A stretch of DNA of 64,000 nucleotides from Candidatus Woesebacteria bacterium (GCA_035389185.1 DAOORK010000001.1:193006-257005); one strand, 5' to 3'; positions 8,882-19,034 are shown, counted from the stretch's first letter. Translations and numbers: made by a program. The notes: generated by a model not told the origin, from the sequence alone.

Positions 8882-10279
8882 TTAAAAGCCAGGACCTCCT
8901 GTCATACCCGCTCCCATACCGCCGCTTCCACTGAAGACGTTTGTCCCGGTTGAGCTATTTGAAGAGGACTTGGTGGAAGAAGATTTGGTTGTGGAAGAAG
9001 ATGAAATTGTTGAGGTAATAATAGTATCGCCTTCGGAAAGACCGGATTTAATCACCGTTTGAGAGTCGTTGGAGTTGCCAATCTCGACCGTTATTTGGGT
9101 CACTTTACCGTCTTTGAGGACTTCAACGTATGACTTTTCGGCATCTGATTGAATAGCTGTTGTGGGGACTAAAAGAACATTTTCTTCTGACGATGTAATA
9201 ATCGTGGAACTAACGGCCATGTTGGTATAAAGATCGAGAGTAGTATTGTCTAAAAGTATTGTGGCGGTATATGAGGTAACTCCAGAACTCACCGAGCCGC
9301 TTGTATTTACAGCCAGTACTGATCCGGTGAGAGTAGCGTCTGGATAAGCATCCATGGTGAGTGTTACTTTTTGGGTTGATTTGACGGTAGTTACATCTAC
9401 CTCTGTCAGACTTACTGTTGCCTGGTACTGACCATCGGGATTTTTGATTGCTCCAATTTGGACAGAAGTTACGGATTGAGAGTTTTCTGATGAGTTAGTT
9501 CCTGTGCTTACAGTGATCGAACTAGTTGAAGAAGTGCCTACAGTTACTCCAACGGCCAAGGTAAGATTCTGCAAAACTCCTGTGGCTGGAGCGTAGATGG
9601 AAGAAGATACTTTTTGGTAGTTTCTGTAGGCGGCTGACGCCTCGGCTTTTTTGAGGGCTATATTTGTATCGGAGGTTGAGTCGTCAGTTATGGCGGCATT
9701 GTAGGCTGCAATAGCTTCGTCATATTGCTTGTCGACAATGACAAGCTCGTTTTCGGTATAAGGTTGGCGGGTTTGAGGATTCCAGCCTCCTGAGTGAGCA
9801 TCTCTCTTGGCTGTTTCGGCATCTTCCATGGCCTCTTTCTTCTGGGTTACGGTGATATTGTCGGTTACTCTCGATTTTTCTGCATTTTTTATGTTGACTA
9901 GGGCTGTCTGATAGTTGTTCCATGCTGTGACTTGTGTTTCGAGTCCTGTATCATCGAGAGCAATATCGGCAATCTTTTGTCCTTTTTTGACAGTATCTCC
10001 ATTTTGGACATAGACTTTGCTGACAGTTCCGGTTGCACCGGTTGTTACATAGGTAATTGCTCCAGAAGTTATTGTTCCTGATGCTGACACAGTAGTCATT
10101 AAGGCACCTTTTTCCACGGTACCGGTGACGTACTGATTTTGAGCTGATTGGCCGGATACAATTTGGCTAACACCAAAATAGCCTGCTCCCAATAGAGCAC
10201 AAGGAATAATTATTTTGAAGACTAAGGGGAGTTTTATAATTCGATTCTTAAGTCCCCCAAAAAGATTACGTAGATTCAT
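8882..10279 (-). CDS. periplasmic adaptor / membrane fusion protein (HlyD/MacA family) with an S/T/G-rich C-terminal tail
   Basis: N-terminal TM, coiled-coil segments and a beta-barrel region; low-complexity SSSTTKSSSTKSSS tail. Confidence 0.75.
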   Translation of the reverse strand: MNLRNLFGGLKNRIIKLPLVFKIIIPCALLGAGYFGVSQIVSGQSAQNQYVTGTVEKGALMTTVSASGTITSGAITYVTTGATGTVSKVYVQNGDTVKKGQKIADIALDDTGLETQVTAWNNYQTALVNIKNAEKSRVTDNITVTQKKEAMEDAETAKRDAHSGGWNPQTRQPYTENELVIVDKQYDEAIAAYNAAITDDSTSDTNIALKKAEASAAYRNYQKVSSSIYAPATGVLQNLTLAVGVTVGTSSTSSITVSTGTNSSENSQSVTSVQIGAIKNPDGQYQATVSLTEVDVTTVKSTQKVTLTMDAYPDATLTGSVLAVNTSGSVSSGVTSYTATILLDNTTLDLYTNMAVSSTIITSSEENVLLVPTTAIQSDAEKSYVEVLKDGKVTQITVEIGNSNDSQTVIKSGLSEGDTIITSTISSSSTTKSSSTKSSSNSSTGTNVFSGSGGMGAGMTGGPGF

Positions 10280-10325
10280 ATTTTGAATTTTATGGAGATT
10301 AACTGAATTTAACCTTAAATATCGA

Positions 10326-11336
10326 CTAGACAGACTTCTGGGGTAGCTTAACTGTAAATAGCGTGCCGTTTTTTACCTCGCTTTTTACCGAAATCCTTCC
10401 GCCATGCTGATCAACAATCATCTTGGCGATAGAGAGACCAAGTCCGTGACCGGCAATTTTGGAACTGGCCCTTGAAGTGTCTGCACGATAAAAGCGATCA
10501 AAGATATGGGGTAGATCTTTTTCACTGATCCCCTGCCCTTGGTCTTTGACAGAAAAGTTGACATAGTGTTTTGATTTCCAAGATTTGACGATAATCTTTG
10601 TATCTTGGGGACTGTATTTGATGGCGTTATCCAAAAGAATTACTAAAAGGTGATTGATTTTCTCTTTGTCACCAGAAAAGATGATTTCTTTGGCAAGTGG
10701 TTTGAGAGTGATTCTTTTTTTAGTGGCTAGAGGCCCAACTTGATCAAGCGCCATAGAGATAACTTCTTTGGCAGATATATTTTCATGATTTAATTTTTGC
10801 TTGGTGCCTTTGCGAGACAAAAGAATCAAAGACTCGGAAAGTTTTTGCAATCGATTGACATCATCAATGTTTTCTTTTATTAGAGTTTTGGCATCTGACA
10901 AAGATAGTTTTTTGTCCATAAGGGCGACTTCTAAAGCGCTTTTTATGGAGGTTAGCGGTGTTTTTAGTTCATGAGAAGAATCGGATATAAAACGATCCTG
11001 ATCTTCAATCATCTCTTTAATTGGGCAAAGAGTCTTGCCAGCTAGAAAATAACTAGCGACTCCAGATAAAAGCAATAATGCACCATCAAGAATTAGAAGG
11101 TTGGTAAGCAATCTGTTCTTTATTTCACTGACAGTGGATGGGTCAATGTAAGGAGGTGCAGGTAAGTCAGCATTACGCAAAACTAACTGTCTTTCGAAAC
11201 GAGAGTTTTCTTTGCCGACAAATCTTTCCAATTCTTTTATTTGAATACTGTAAATAGAGCCACTGAAAATAAGTACGATAAAAAAGATAATTAAAAGATA
11301 CCAAGCAGTGAGTTTGACGCGCGCTTTTTGAAACAT
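10326..11336 (-). CDS. sensor histidine kinase
   Basis: Two TM segments, H-box SHELKTPLTSI, and HATPase G-boxes DQGQGI and GHGLGLSIAK. Confidence 0.85.
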   Translation of the reverse strand: MFQKARVKLTAWYLLIIFFIVLIFSGSIYSIQIKELERFVGKENSRFERQLVLRNADLPAPPYIDPSTVSEIKNRLLTNLLILDGALLLLSGVASYFLAGKTLCPIKEMIEDQDRFISDSSHELKTPLTSIKSALEVALMDKKLSLSDAKTLIKENIDDVNRLQKLSESLILLSRKGTKQKLNHENISAKEVISMALDQVGPLATKKRITLKPLAKEIIFSGDKEKINHLLVILLDNAIKYSPQDTKIIVKSWKSKHYVNFSVKDQGQGISEKDLPHIFDRFYRADTSRASSKIAGHGLGLSIAKMIVDQHGGRISVKSEVKNGTLFTVKLPQKSV

Positions 11337-12010
11337 TATTCTTCGATTTTGTATCCGAATCCACGGACTGTGTTAATTAGGGCTTTTTCTTTGGGAAAAG
11401 GAAGGTCAATTTTTTGACGTAGTTTACGGATATATACCTCTACTGTGTTTGGAAGAACATCGTCGTCATAGTTCCAAACATGAGAAACAATTTGATCTTT
11501 GGAGACTATACTGCCAGAGTGCCTCATTAGATATTCAAGTAGGGAGTACTCCTTACTGGATAACAGAATATTGTTATCTCCTCTTTTGACGTGGTAGGTA
11601 ACAGTGTCCATTTCCAGATTGGCGACTTTGAGAACAGTACCCTGAACACCGCTGGGTCTTCTGATAAGCGCTCGAACCCGAGCAATTAGCTCTTCAAAGG
11701 AAAAGGGTTTGGTGAGATAGTCATCGGCGCCAGAGTCTAGGCCTTCAATTTTGTTTTCTGTTTGGCTTCTGGCCGTAAGAATAAGAATTGGGGTATGAAT
11801 TCCTTCTTGACGAAGTTTTTTACAAATAGAGATACCATCCATTCCCGGAAGCATAAGATCCAAAATGAGACAATCGTAGTCTTCGGTGGATGCCAGATCA
11901 TAGCCATCACGGCCATCAAAAACCAGATCAACGGCATATTTTTCCAGCTCGAGACCCTTCTTTATGGAAGTGCCTATGCGGTGTTCGTCTTCAACAACAA
12001 GTATTCTCAT
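11336..12010 (-). CDS. OmpR-family response regulator
   Basis: Receiver domain MRILVVEDE...DLMLPGMDG plus a C-terminal winged-helix domain; overlaps the kinase gene by 1 nt. Confidence 0.9.
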   Translation of the reverse strand: MRILVVEDEHRIGTSIKKGLELEKYAVDLVFDGRDGYDLASTEDYDCLILDLMLPGMDGISICKKLRQEGIHTPILILTARSQTENKIEGLDSGADDYLTKPFSFEELIARVRALIRRPSGVQGTVLKVANLEMDTVTYHVKRGDNNILLSSKEYSLLEYLMRHSGSIVSKDQIVSHVWNYDDDVLPNTVEVYIRKLRQKIDLPFPKEKALINTVRGFGYKIEE

Positions 12011-12055
12011 GCAAATACATTATACTTTTAAGCTGAATTATTGCTGAAAGGGGTT

Positions 12056-12064
12056 TGCTATAAT
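12056..12064 (+). promoter_or_regulatory. extended -10 TGcTATAAT, 6 nt before the ATG at 12071 (leaderless candidate)
   Basis: TGnTATAAT at 12056-12064; no SD between it and the ATG. Confidence 0.45.
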
Positions 12065-12070
12065 GATTTT

Positions 12071-12481
12071 ATGTTAGGGATATTACAGTACATAAAAATA
12101 TATTTATTTAGTTTACCGGTGTATCTTTTGATCGATGGCTTGTGGTTGACAGTGATTGCTAAAGGATTTTATGCAAAACATTTAGGTTTTTTGATGACAG
12201 ACAAACCAAACTGGGTTGCAGCTGGAATCTTTTATTTGAGCTATGTGGTGGGTTTAATTATTTTTGCGGTAGCACCTGCTTTGAAGGATAACTCTTTGAT
12301 GAGAGCTGTGGTACTAGGAGGACTATTTGGAATGTTTTGCTATGCCACTTATGACTTAACAAACTTGGCTACGGTAAAAGGTTTTCCTTGGTTTGTGGCT
12401 GTAATTGACATTATTTGGGGAATTTCTGTTTCTGTGTTTATGGCTATCGTGGGGTTTGCCATTGGCCAGAAAGTTAGATAA
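12071..12481 (+). CDS. small integral membrane protein (DUF2177-like); the ORF track extends it to a TTG at 12041
   Basis: Four predicted TM helices in about 137 aa. Confidence 0.5.
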   Translation: MLGILQYIKIYLFSLPVYLLIDGLWLTVIAKGFYAKHLGFLMTDKPNWVAAGIFYLSYVVGLIIFAVAPALKDNSLMRAVVLGGLFGMFCYATYDLTNLATVKGFPWFVAVIDIIWGISVSVFMAIVGFAIGQKVR

Positions 12482-12483
12482 TT

Positions 12484-12516
12484 ACAAAAAACCCGGCTAT
12501 CCGGGTATTTTGTTTG
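12484..12516. terminator. bidirectional terminator (acccgg-ctat-ccgggt) with flanking A/T runs
   Basis: On the minus strand the hairpin is followed by TTTTTTG (terminates rplS); on the plus strand by attttgtttg. Confidence 0.6.
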
Positions 12517-12532
12517 ATAATTGTATTTGCTT

Positions 12533-13054
12533 TTAGCGAACAAAAGTGCGTTCTTTACGAACGATTTTCTTAGGACCTTTTTTAACTTTCTTTTCTTTGA
12601 CAACCTCAACTTTGGGAGCATTTTTGACTTTGGATGTTTCGGGGCGAACTTTTTCTTCCTTGTTTTCGGTCTCGGATTTGGGAGCACTGGTAACTACCTC
12701 AATCGAAGCAGATTGACCTTTGCTAACAAAAACGTCTTTAATTTTGGTGGCCTTTTTACCAAGTAAGTTTCTGAGGTAGTAGAGCTTAGCGCGGCGAACC
12801 TTGCCTTTTTTAACTATTTCGATACCTGTAACTGTGGGAGTGTTGACGGGAAAGATTTTTTCCACGCCAATAGCACCAACAGCCATTTTGCGAACAATAA
12901 AGTTTTTCCCCTGACCCTCGCCACGGATAGCGATGACGATGCCCTGAAAGGCCTGGGTACGAGTTTTATCTCCTTCTTTGACGGTCTGTTGAACCTTGAT
13001 TGTGTCTCCAATGGAGAACTCAATTTTATCCTGCCATTTGATTTGATTTGCCAT
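12533..13054 (-). CDS. rplS: 50S ribosomal protein L19 with a lysine-rich C-terminal extension
   Basis: GDTIKVQQTVKEGDKTRTQAFQGIVIAIRG...RRAKLYYLR matches the L19 core; an extra K/E-rich tail of about 60 aa follows. Confidence 0.9.
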   Translation of the reverse strand: MANQIKWQDKIEFSIGDTIKVQQTVKEGDKTRTQAFQGIVIAIRGEGQGKNFIVRKMAVGAIGVEKIFPVNTPTVTGIEIVKKGKVRRAKLYYLRNLLGKKATKIKDVFVSKGQSASIEVVTSAPKSETENKEEKVRPETSKVKNAPKVEVVKEKKVKKGPKKIVRKERTFVR

Positions 13055-13067
13055 GCGAGTTATTTTA

Positions 13068-16000
13068 TCAGTCCGAGAGCGTTTTTTCCACCTGCTTTTC
13101 TAGCTCTGGGGTGAAATCGACCTTGTATGGCAGAACAATTTTTTTAAGATTGTTGCCGGACTCAATGGCAATCGTGATTTCATGTTCTCCGGGATGTGCT
13201 TTGAGGAGGGCACTTACCTTTTCCATTCGATCTTTGGGTGTACCGTTTTTTATAAAGATTTCATGAAGCATGTCTTGGGGACTACGTTTGGTGTCGATTG
13301 GGGTAGCCGAGTCAACAACGATTTGTAATTTGTCGTCGCGATTATCGACCTTTCCTTTGATAATTAAGGCTGAGTCTTCAAGAAAAAGTAAGGGGTTTTC
13401 GGCATACAGTTTGGGGAAAATGACACAGTCGATATTTTTGGTATCGTCTTCAAGAGTAATAAAGGCCATTTTTGAGTTGTTTTTCTTGGTATTTACCAAA
13501 CGAACTTTTGAAACAACACCGGCAATGACCACTGTTTGATTTAGGTGAAGTGTGGGATCTAGCTGATTGATTTTGTGAGTGATCTGATTAGCAACGATGC
13601 GAACAATTCTCTTTACGGGATGGTCTGTAAGATAAAAACCAAGAAGGTCTTTTTCGAGCTTTAATTTCTCATCAAGTGGTATTTCGGAGATTTTGGGGAG
13701 ATGGTCGGAGGTGTCTTCCTCGTGAGCGACAGTAGAGAACAAGCCAACTTGACTGGTATCTTTCCCCTTTTGAATCTTTACGGCGTTTTCGCGAATAATG
13801 GGCAGAGCAGATAATAGTTGAGCCCGATTTCCCCAACGATCGAGAGCCCCTGTTTTGATCAATGACTCAATTACTTTTTTATTAACTTTGGCCAGATCGA
13901 CTCGATAAATAAAGTCGGTAAAAGACTTGAAATCGGCCTTTTTGCGGGCTTCGATGATGGCTTTTATTGCCGATTCACCAACATTTTTGATAGCCGATAA
14001 GCCAAAACGAATTGCTTTACCAGTGTCTTTTGCCCGGCCTTCTAACAGTCTTTGATCTTCCGGGATATCGACAACAGTAAAGTCTGTTCGTGACTCGTTG
14101 ATGTCTGGAGAGAGAACGCGAATGCCAAGAACTTCACACTCGGAAATGGCCGCAACAACTTTGTCGGTGTCCCCAGCCTCAACGGACATCAAAGAGGTCA
14201 TGTACTCAACCGGGTAATGAGCCTTGATGTAGGCAGTCCAGTAAGCCACGATGCCATATGAGGCGGCATGGGCTTTGTTGAAACCATAGGCGGCAAATGT
14301 TTCGATCTGTTTGAATAGCTCTTCGGCTTTGTCTCGAGGAATGTGTCCATATTCGACACAACCATCGACAAATTTGTTGTGTTGGGCTTCCATCTCCGAG
14401 ACAATCTTTTTTCCGATGGCTTTGCGGAACTTGTCGGCTTCTTCCCAGTTGTAACCTGCTAACTCGATGGCCATTAAAAGAACATCGTCTTGGTAGGTGA
14501 TGATGCCATATGATTGATCGAGAATTTTTTCGAGACCAGGAACAAAATATTTGACCTTAGCAGGGTCTCGCTTCCTCTCAACATATTCAGGAATAAATCC
14601 CATAGGACCAGGGCGATACAGAGCCACCATAGCCATAAGATCTTCGATACGCTCGGGGTGCAGATCCATGAGGTACTTAGTCATGCCGGATCCGGAAAGT
14701 TGAAAGACACCGAAGGTTTCACCTTTGGCCAGTAAATCGTAGGTTAGTTTATCGTCGAGAGGTACTTTTTTGATATTAATCTTTACATCGTGAAGAGCCT
14801 CAACAATTTTGACAGCATTGGCTAGAATTGTCAGGTTGGAAATTCCTAAAATATCCAGCTTAATCAGACCGACATCTTCGCTGGCATGCATTTCATACTG
14901 GGTGATGATCCGGTCTCCCCCACCCGCTTCTTGTTGAAGGGGAGTGTATTTGACTAGATCATCCGGACCAACAATAACTGCGGCGGCATGAACTGAAATA
15001 TGACGAGCGTTTCCTTCGACTCTTTGGGCCATGTCGAGGAGAGTTTTGACTTCCGGATCTGAGTCTTTCATCTTTTGAAGTTCCGGAGTGGTGTCGAGTG
15101 CTTTTTTTAGAGTCATGGGGAAACCCTGACTACCTTCGGGAATGGTTTTGCTGATCATGTCGACTTTGGAGTAAGGCATACCCATGACACGGCCAATATC
15201 ACGAACTGCGGCACGAGCCTTCATAGTTCCAAAGGTGCAAATCTGACCTACCTTTTCTTTGCCATATGTATCGGCTAGATAGTGAATCAAGTCATCACGA
15301 TGAATATCGGCGACATCGAGATCAATATCAGGAGGAGATGGACGAAAGGGATTTAAAAAACGTTCGAAAGGAAGTCTAAAGCGTAAGGGGTCGACTGTCG
15401 TAATACCGCAACTGTAAGATACAAGGGAACCGGCGGCCGAACCTCTGGTATTGGTATAGATACCGGTGTCGTTGGCGTAGTTAACAATGCCGGATTCCAG
15501 TAAAAAATACGGAGAGTAACCCTTTTTCTCGATTACTTCCAGCTCGTAGTCTAGCCTTTGACTTTGTTCTTCCGAAACAGAACCAAATAGTTCCTTGCAA
15601 CCATCATAGGCTTTTTCTCTAAGAACTTGTCCGGCTGTTTTTCCTTTGGGTAGTTTAATTTTGGGAAAGTACCACTCACCTAAAGTAATTTTGACATTAC
15701 AGCGGTCAGCAATTTTCTGAGTGTTGGTGATGGCTTCCGGAAGATCTGGAAACTCTGCCGACATTTCGTCTGGAGATTTGAGATAGAAATCAGGTGTATC
15801 GATATAACGAATACGATTGGTGTCGCTAAGCATTTTGCCAGACTGAACACAGACCAAAGCATCTTGTGCGGCGGCATCATCTTTTTCGATGTAGTGGCTG
15901 TCGTTGGTAGCAATAAGCGGTAAGCCAAGATCGCGACTAAGTTTAATGAGACCTTCTTCTCCTTTGATTTGATTGTCATGCATCTCCAACAACTTCGGTT

Positions 16001-16571
16001 TGATTTCTGCGGGAACGTTTGGGGAGGTGGCAAAGCGATCAAAATGATGTCTTTGTAACTCAAGAAAAAGATTGTCGGAACCAAAAATCTGCTCGTATTC
16101 TTGAAGCTCTTTTTTGGCAGATTCGTACGATTCTTCGACGAGAAGTTTTTGGATACGACCGGCTGGACAGGCAGTTGTCGCAATCAATCCTTTTGAGTAT
16201 TGGGCAAGAATTTCCTTGTCGACGCGGGGCTTGTAGTAGAAACCCTCGGTCTGTCCGAGAGTCACCAGTTTCATTAGATTTTGATAACCCTCAAAGGTTT
16301 CCGAAAGAAGGATCAGGTGGTTCGCGTCTTGTTTTTCGTGATCGAAACGAGATTTTTTGGCCACATATACCTCACAACCAAGAATGGGGGTCAGCCCTTC
16401 CTTGGTTACCTTTTTGTAAAACTCTATGGCACCATACATGTTTCCGTGATCGGTGATGGCAAGATGTGTTTGCCCGTACTCTTTGGTTTTGGCCGCCAGC
16501 TTACCGATCTTCGAAAGACCGTCCAAAAGAGAGAATTCGGTGTGGACATGAAGGTGAGTAAACTTTGGCAT
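13068..16571 (-). CDS. dnaE: DNA polymerase III alpha subunit
   Basis: PHP domain FTHLHVHTEFSLLDG, polymerase core and OB-fold; 1167 aa. Confidence 0.95.
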   Translation of the reverse strand: MPKFTHLHVHTEFSLLDGLSKIGKLAAKTKEYGQTHLAITDHGNMYGAIEFYKKVTKEGLTPILGCEVYVAKKSRFDHEKQDANHLILLSETFEGYQNLMKLVTLGQTEGFYYKPRVDKEILAQYSKGLIATTACPAGRIQKLLVEESYESAKKELQEYEQIFGSDNLFLELQRHHFDRFATSPNVPAEIKPKLLEMHDNQIKGEEGLIKLSRDLGLPLIATNDSHYIEKDDAAAQDALVCVQSGKMLSDTNRIRYIDTPDFYLKSPDEMSAEFPDLPEAITNTQKIADRCNVKITLGEWYFPKIKLPKGKTAGQVLREKAYDGCKELFGSVSEEQSQRLDYELEVIEKKGYSPYFLLESGIVNYANDTGIYTNTRGSAAGSLVSYSCGITTVDPLRFRLPFERFLNPFRPSPPDIDLDVADIHRDDLIHYLADTYGKEKVGQICTFGTMKARAAVRDIGRVMGMPYSKVDMISKTIPEGSQGFPMTLKKALDTTPELQKMKDSDPEVKTLLDMAQRVEGNARHISVHAAAVIVGPDDLVKYTPLQQEAGGGDRIITQYEMHASEDVGLIKLDILGISNLTILANAVKIVEALHDVKINIKKVPLDDKLTYDLLAKGETFGVFQLSGSGMTKYLMDLHPERIEDLMAMVALYRPGPMGFIPEYVERKRDPAKVKYFVPGLEKILDQSYGIITYQDDVLLMAIELAGYNWEEADKFRKAIGKKIVSEMEAQHNKFVDGCVEYGHIPRDKAEELFKQIETFAAYGFNKAHAASYGIVAYWTAYIKAHYPVEYMTSLMSVEAGDTDKVVAAISECEVLGIRVLSPDINESRTDFTVVDIPEDQRLLEGRAKDTGKAIRFGLSAIKNVGESAIKAIIEARKKADFKSFTDFIYRVDLAKVNKKVIESLIKTGALDRWGNRAQLLSALPIIRENAVKIQKGKDTSQVGLFSTVAHEEDTSDHLPKISEIPLDEKLKLEKDLLGFYLTDHPVKRIVRIVANQITHKINQLDPTLHLNQTVVIAGVVSKVRLVNTKKNNSKMAFITLEDDTKNIDCVIFPKLYAENPLLFLEDSALIIKGKVDNRDDKLQIVVDSATPIDTKRSPQDMLHEIFIKNGTPKDRMEKVSALLKAHPGEHEITIAIESGNNLKKIVLPYKVDFTPELEKQVEKTLSD

Positions 16572-16624
16572 GAATTTTTTGTACTAACCTATCTTGGGGG
16601 GTGACGCGAATATTTTCAAGTGGT

Positions 16625-17719
16625 TTAGTCTTTAGCTAAGTCACGACGATACATACTTTCGGTAACAATATCTTTAAGAACATTCCTGTAAAGACGGAAG
16701 TTTTCGATCTTTTCTTCTCCCTTCATTCTTCGCGAAATAAAACCACCTGTGTTATGAAAATATTCCCAAATATTTTTACCTGAAGGCTCAAAGGGAAGCT
16801 GTTGAATTAAACTTATTTCTTCGGGGTTAAGATCCGAAATATGAAGCCTTCTCAGAGTATTCTGAATCACTTGAAGTTTATTATCTGGATCTAATAGCTG
16901 TGACTTTAGTAAATTTAATCTATTAAACAAGGGTATCGTCTTCTCCGGTCCAAGACGTTTGACTAAATTATTTAGATTCAAAATCAAGTTCTCATCTAGG
17001 TCGCTAAAATCCGCAAAATTTCCTGAATCATTTTCATCGCCGATTTCTGAAACACCAAGTACCCCTATTGGGGAACCATACCACACGGGGCAGTATGTAT
17101 ACAATTGAATTCCTTTCGGTTTGACATCGAATGTTTCTTCTATGACTTTCATACTCGATTTTAGTGTTTTTCCTTTTAATACATATTCGTCAACTATAAG
17201 TACCTTTTTCCCTTCAAAGTCTTCTTTATTGAATTTTTCTTGAATTAGTTTTAATAGGCCTTTATTGAAGTCACCTTCCTTAAGGCGATCATACTTACTA
17301 ATATTTATGAATCTGATATTTTGGGAAACGGCAGATTTTGGTATTTCGTGGCGTTTTAAAAGTTCTTGGCAAGTTTGATGAAAGAGATATTCACCATTTC
17401 TGGCAGATTTGTCTAGAAAGACCAGGATATCAATCGGCTATCCTTTTTTGTCTTGTTCAATCAGCGCATTGATAAGATTAAAGTTACCTTCCATAAGATT
17501 CTGGATTACTATTGGTTCGGTGGTTATTGAAATTAAAGAGTCAAAACGATTGCTAAGATCTTTTCCGGATAGATAACGTTTCTGTAACTTTTTTGAGGTT
17601 TCGTTAAAGATATCGACCGCCATGAATTGATTATTCTCAGCAAATGAAACGTGGCTGGGAGCTACTTCGCGATTTGATTGATAATCCTGACCCTCAATAT
17701 TGATATATCCTTCTGGCAT
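16625..17719 (-). pseudogene. phosphoribosyltransferase-domain gene interrupted by an in-frame TAG at 17438..17440 (ORF-track pieces 17438..17719 and 16625..17152)
   Basis: The two ORFs are in the same frame. Own codon-by-codon check: the 95 codons between the TAG and MKVIEE contain no stop and no ATG/GTG/TTG. The post-TAG segment carries the PRTase core (IDILVFLDKSARNG hood and PRPP motif VLIVDEYVLKGKTL). The 93 aa upstream piece aligns with the PRTase N-terminal region. Confidence 0.55.
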
Positions 17720-17720
17720 A

Positions 17721-19034
17721 TTATCGATTTAATAAATCGGTAACTACTTGACTGAGAGTACGTGGATCGGCTTGGCCTTGAGTTTGTTTCATCGCTTGAC
17801 CAACGAAGAAACCGGCAACGTTGGTTTTGCCGGCTTTGTAATCGGCTACTAGTTTTGGATTGTCGGCCATGATTTTTTCGACTACGTCCTTAAGTTCACC
17901 AGTATCCGTATTCCCTACTTTGGTAGCTTTTTGGTAGTCCCCTTTTATATCCCCTTTTGAATCAATTTTTTTGTTGGCTATGAGACTGGCGAGTTTCCCG
18001 ATATCGATCTCTTTGTCGTTTTGGAAACTTCGAATTGCTTCGAGTGCTTTGTCGTTACCAAAAATTATTTTGGCATACTTTGGTTCTATACCCAGATCAA
18101 TTAGCTCGGCAATCACCTGATCCGGAAGCTTGGGCAGCTCACCTTTAAGTTTCTCAATCAATTCGTTTTCAATGATGAAGGGAGGGATATCCGGTTCGGG
18201 GAAATAGCGATAGTCTTTGGCTTCTTCTTTGGTTCGCTGAAGGAAGGTGATTTTTTTGGCCGCGTCGTAACCTCGGGTGGTTTTGTTGGTCGCTGATTTT
18301 TCGATATTTGTCTTTTCGAACTCATCAATCTGACGGGTTATTTCAAAATCAATGGCCTGCTGAGCAAAGTTAAAGGAGTTGATATTTTTGATCTCGGCAA
18401 GAGGGGTAAAGCGAGTGCCATTTTCGTCTTCGAGACAAACATTGACTGTAGGTTCGAGACGCATTTGGCCTTTTTCCATGTCGGCATGAGACACACCAAT
18501 GGCTTTGACAATCTCATGAATTTTTTTGAGATACTCTTTGGCTTCATCGGATGAGCTAAGATCTGGGCGGGAAACGATCTCCACCAAAGGAACGCCGGAA
18601 CGATTGTAGTCAACAAGAGTGACTTTTTGACCATCGATAATCGTGTGCTGAAGTTTACCGGTGTCTTCTTCCATGTGAACACGTTCGATCCCAATCCTTT
18701 TGCCGGAGTCGAGAAGAATAAAGCCATCGGAGCAGAAAGGCTGATCGTACTGACTGATCTGATAGCCTTTGGCAAGATCAGGATAAAAATATTGTTTGCG
18801 GTCAAATTTACTTAATTCGTTGATGTGACAGTTGAGGGCCAAGCCGATCTTTAAGCAAGATTCGATGGCTTTTTCGTTGGGGACGGGAAGGGCACCGGGC
18901 AAACCAAGACAGATCGGACAGGTTTGGGTATTTGGTTCTTGGCCAAAATGGTCGGCAGGGCATCCACAAAACATTTTGGATTTTGTTTCCAGCTCAACGT
19001 GAACTTCAAGACCGATTAGGGGTGTAGTTTTCAT
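17721..19034 (-). CDS. gatB: Asp/Glu-tRNA amidotransferase subunit B (the ORF track starts at an upstream in-frame ATG, 19088)
   Basis: MKTTPLIGLEVHVELETKSKMFCGCP matches the GatB N-terminus; ATGA overlap with the gatA stop. Confidence 0.9.
   Translation of the reverse strand: MKTTPLIGLEVHVELETKSKMFCGCPADHFGQEPNTQTCPICLGLPGALPVPNEKAIESCLKIGLALNCHINELSKFDRKQYFYPDLAKGYQISQYDQPFCSDGFILLDSGKRIGIERVHMEEDTGKLQHTIIDGQKVTLVDYNRSGVPLVEIVSRPDLSSSDEAKEYLKKIHEIVKAIGVSHADMEKGQMRLEPTVNVCLEDENGTRFTPLAEIKNINSFNFAQQAIDFEITRQIDEFEKTNIEKSATNKTTRGYDAAKKITFLQRTKEEAKDYRYFPEPDIPPFIIENELIEKLKGELPKLPDQVIAELIDLGIEPKYAKIIFGNDKALEAIRSFQNDKEIDIGKLASLIANKKIDSKGDIKGDYQKATKVGNTDTGELKDVVEKIMADNPKLVADYKAGKTNVAGFFVGQAMKQTQGQADPRTLSQVVTDLLNR

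Noticed and set aside
18338-18805. 155 aa ORF antisense inside gatB, plus many other 60-170 aa ORFs overlapping long genes (e.g. 12521..12766, 15680..16183, 16019..16456, 19247..19693, 58410..58679, 63340..63981).
   Set aside because: They lie fully inside strongly supported conserved genes on the opposite strand or in an alternate frame. They have no RBS or promoter and show biased composition typical of shadow ORFs.
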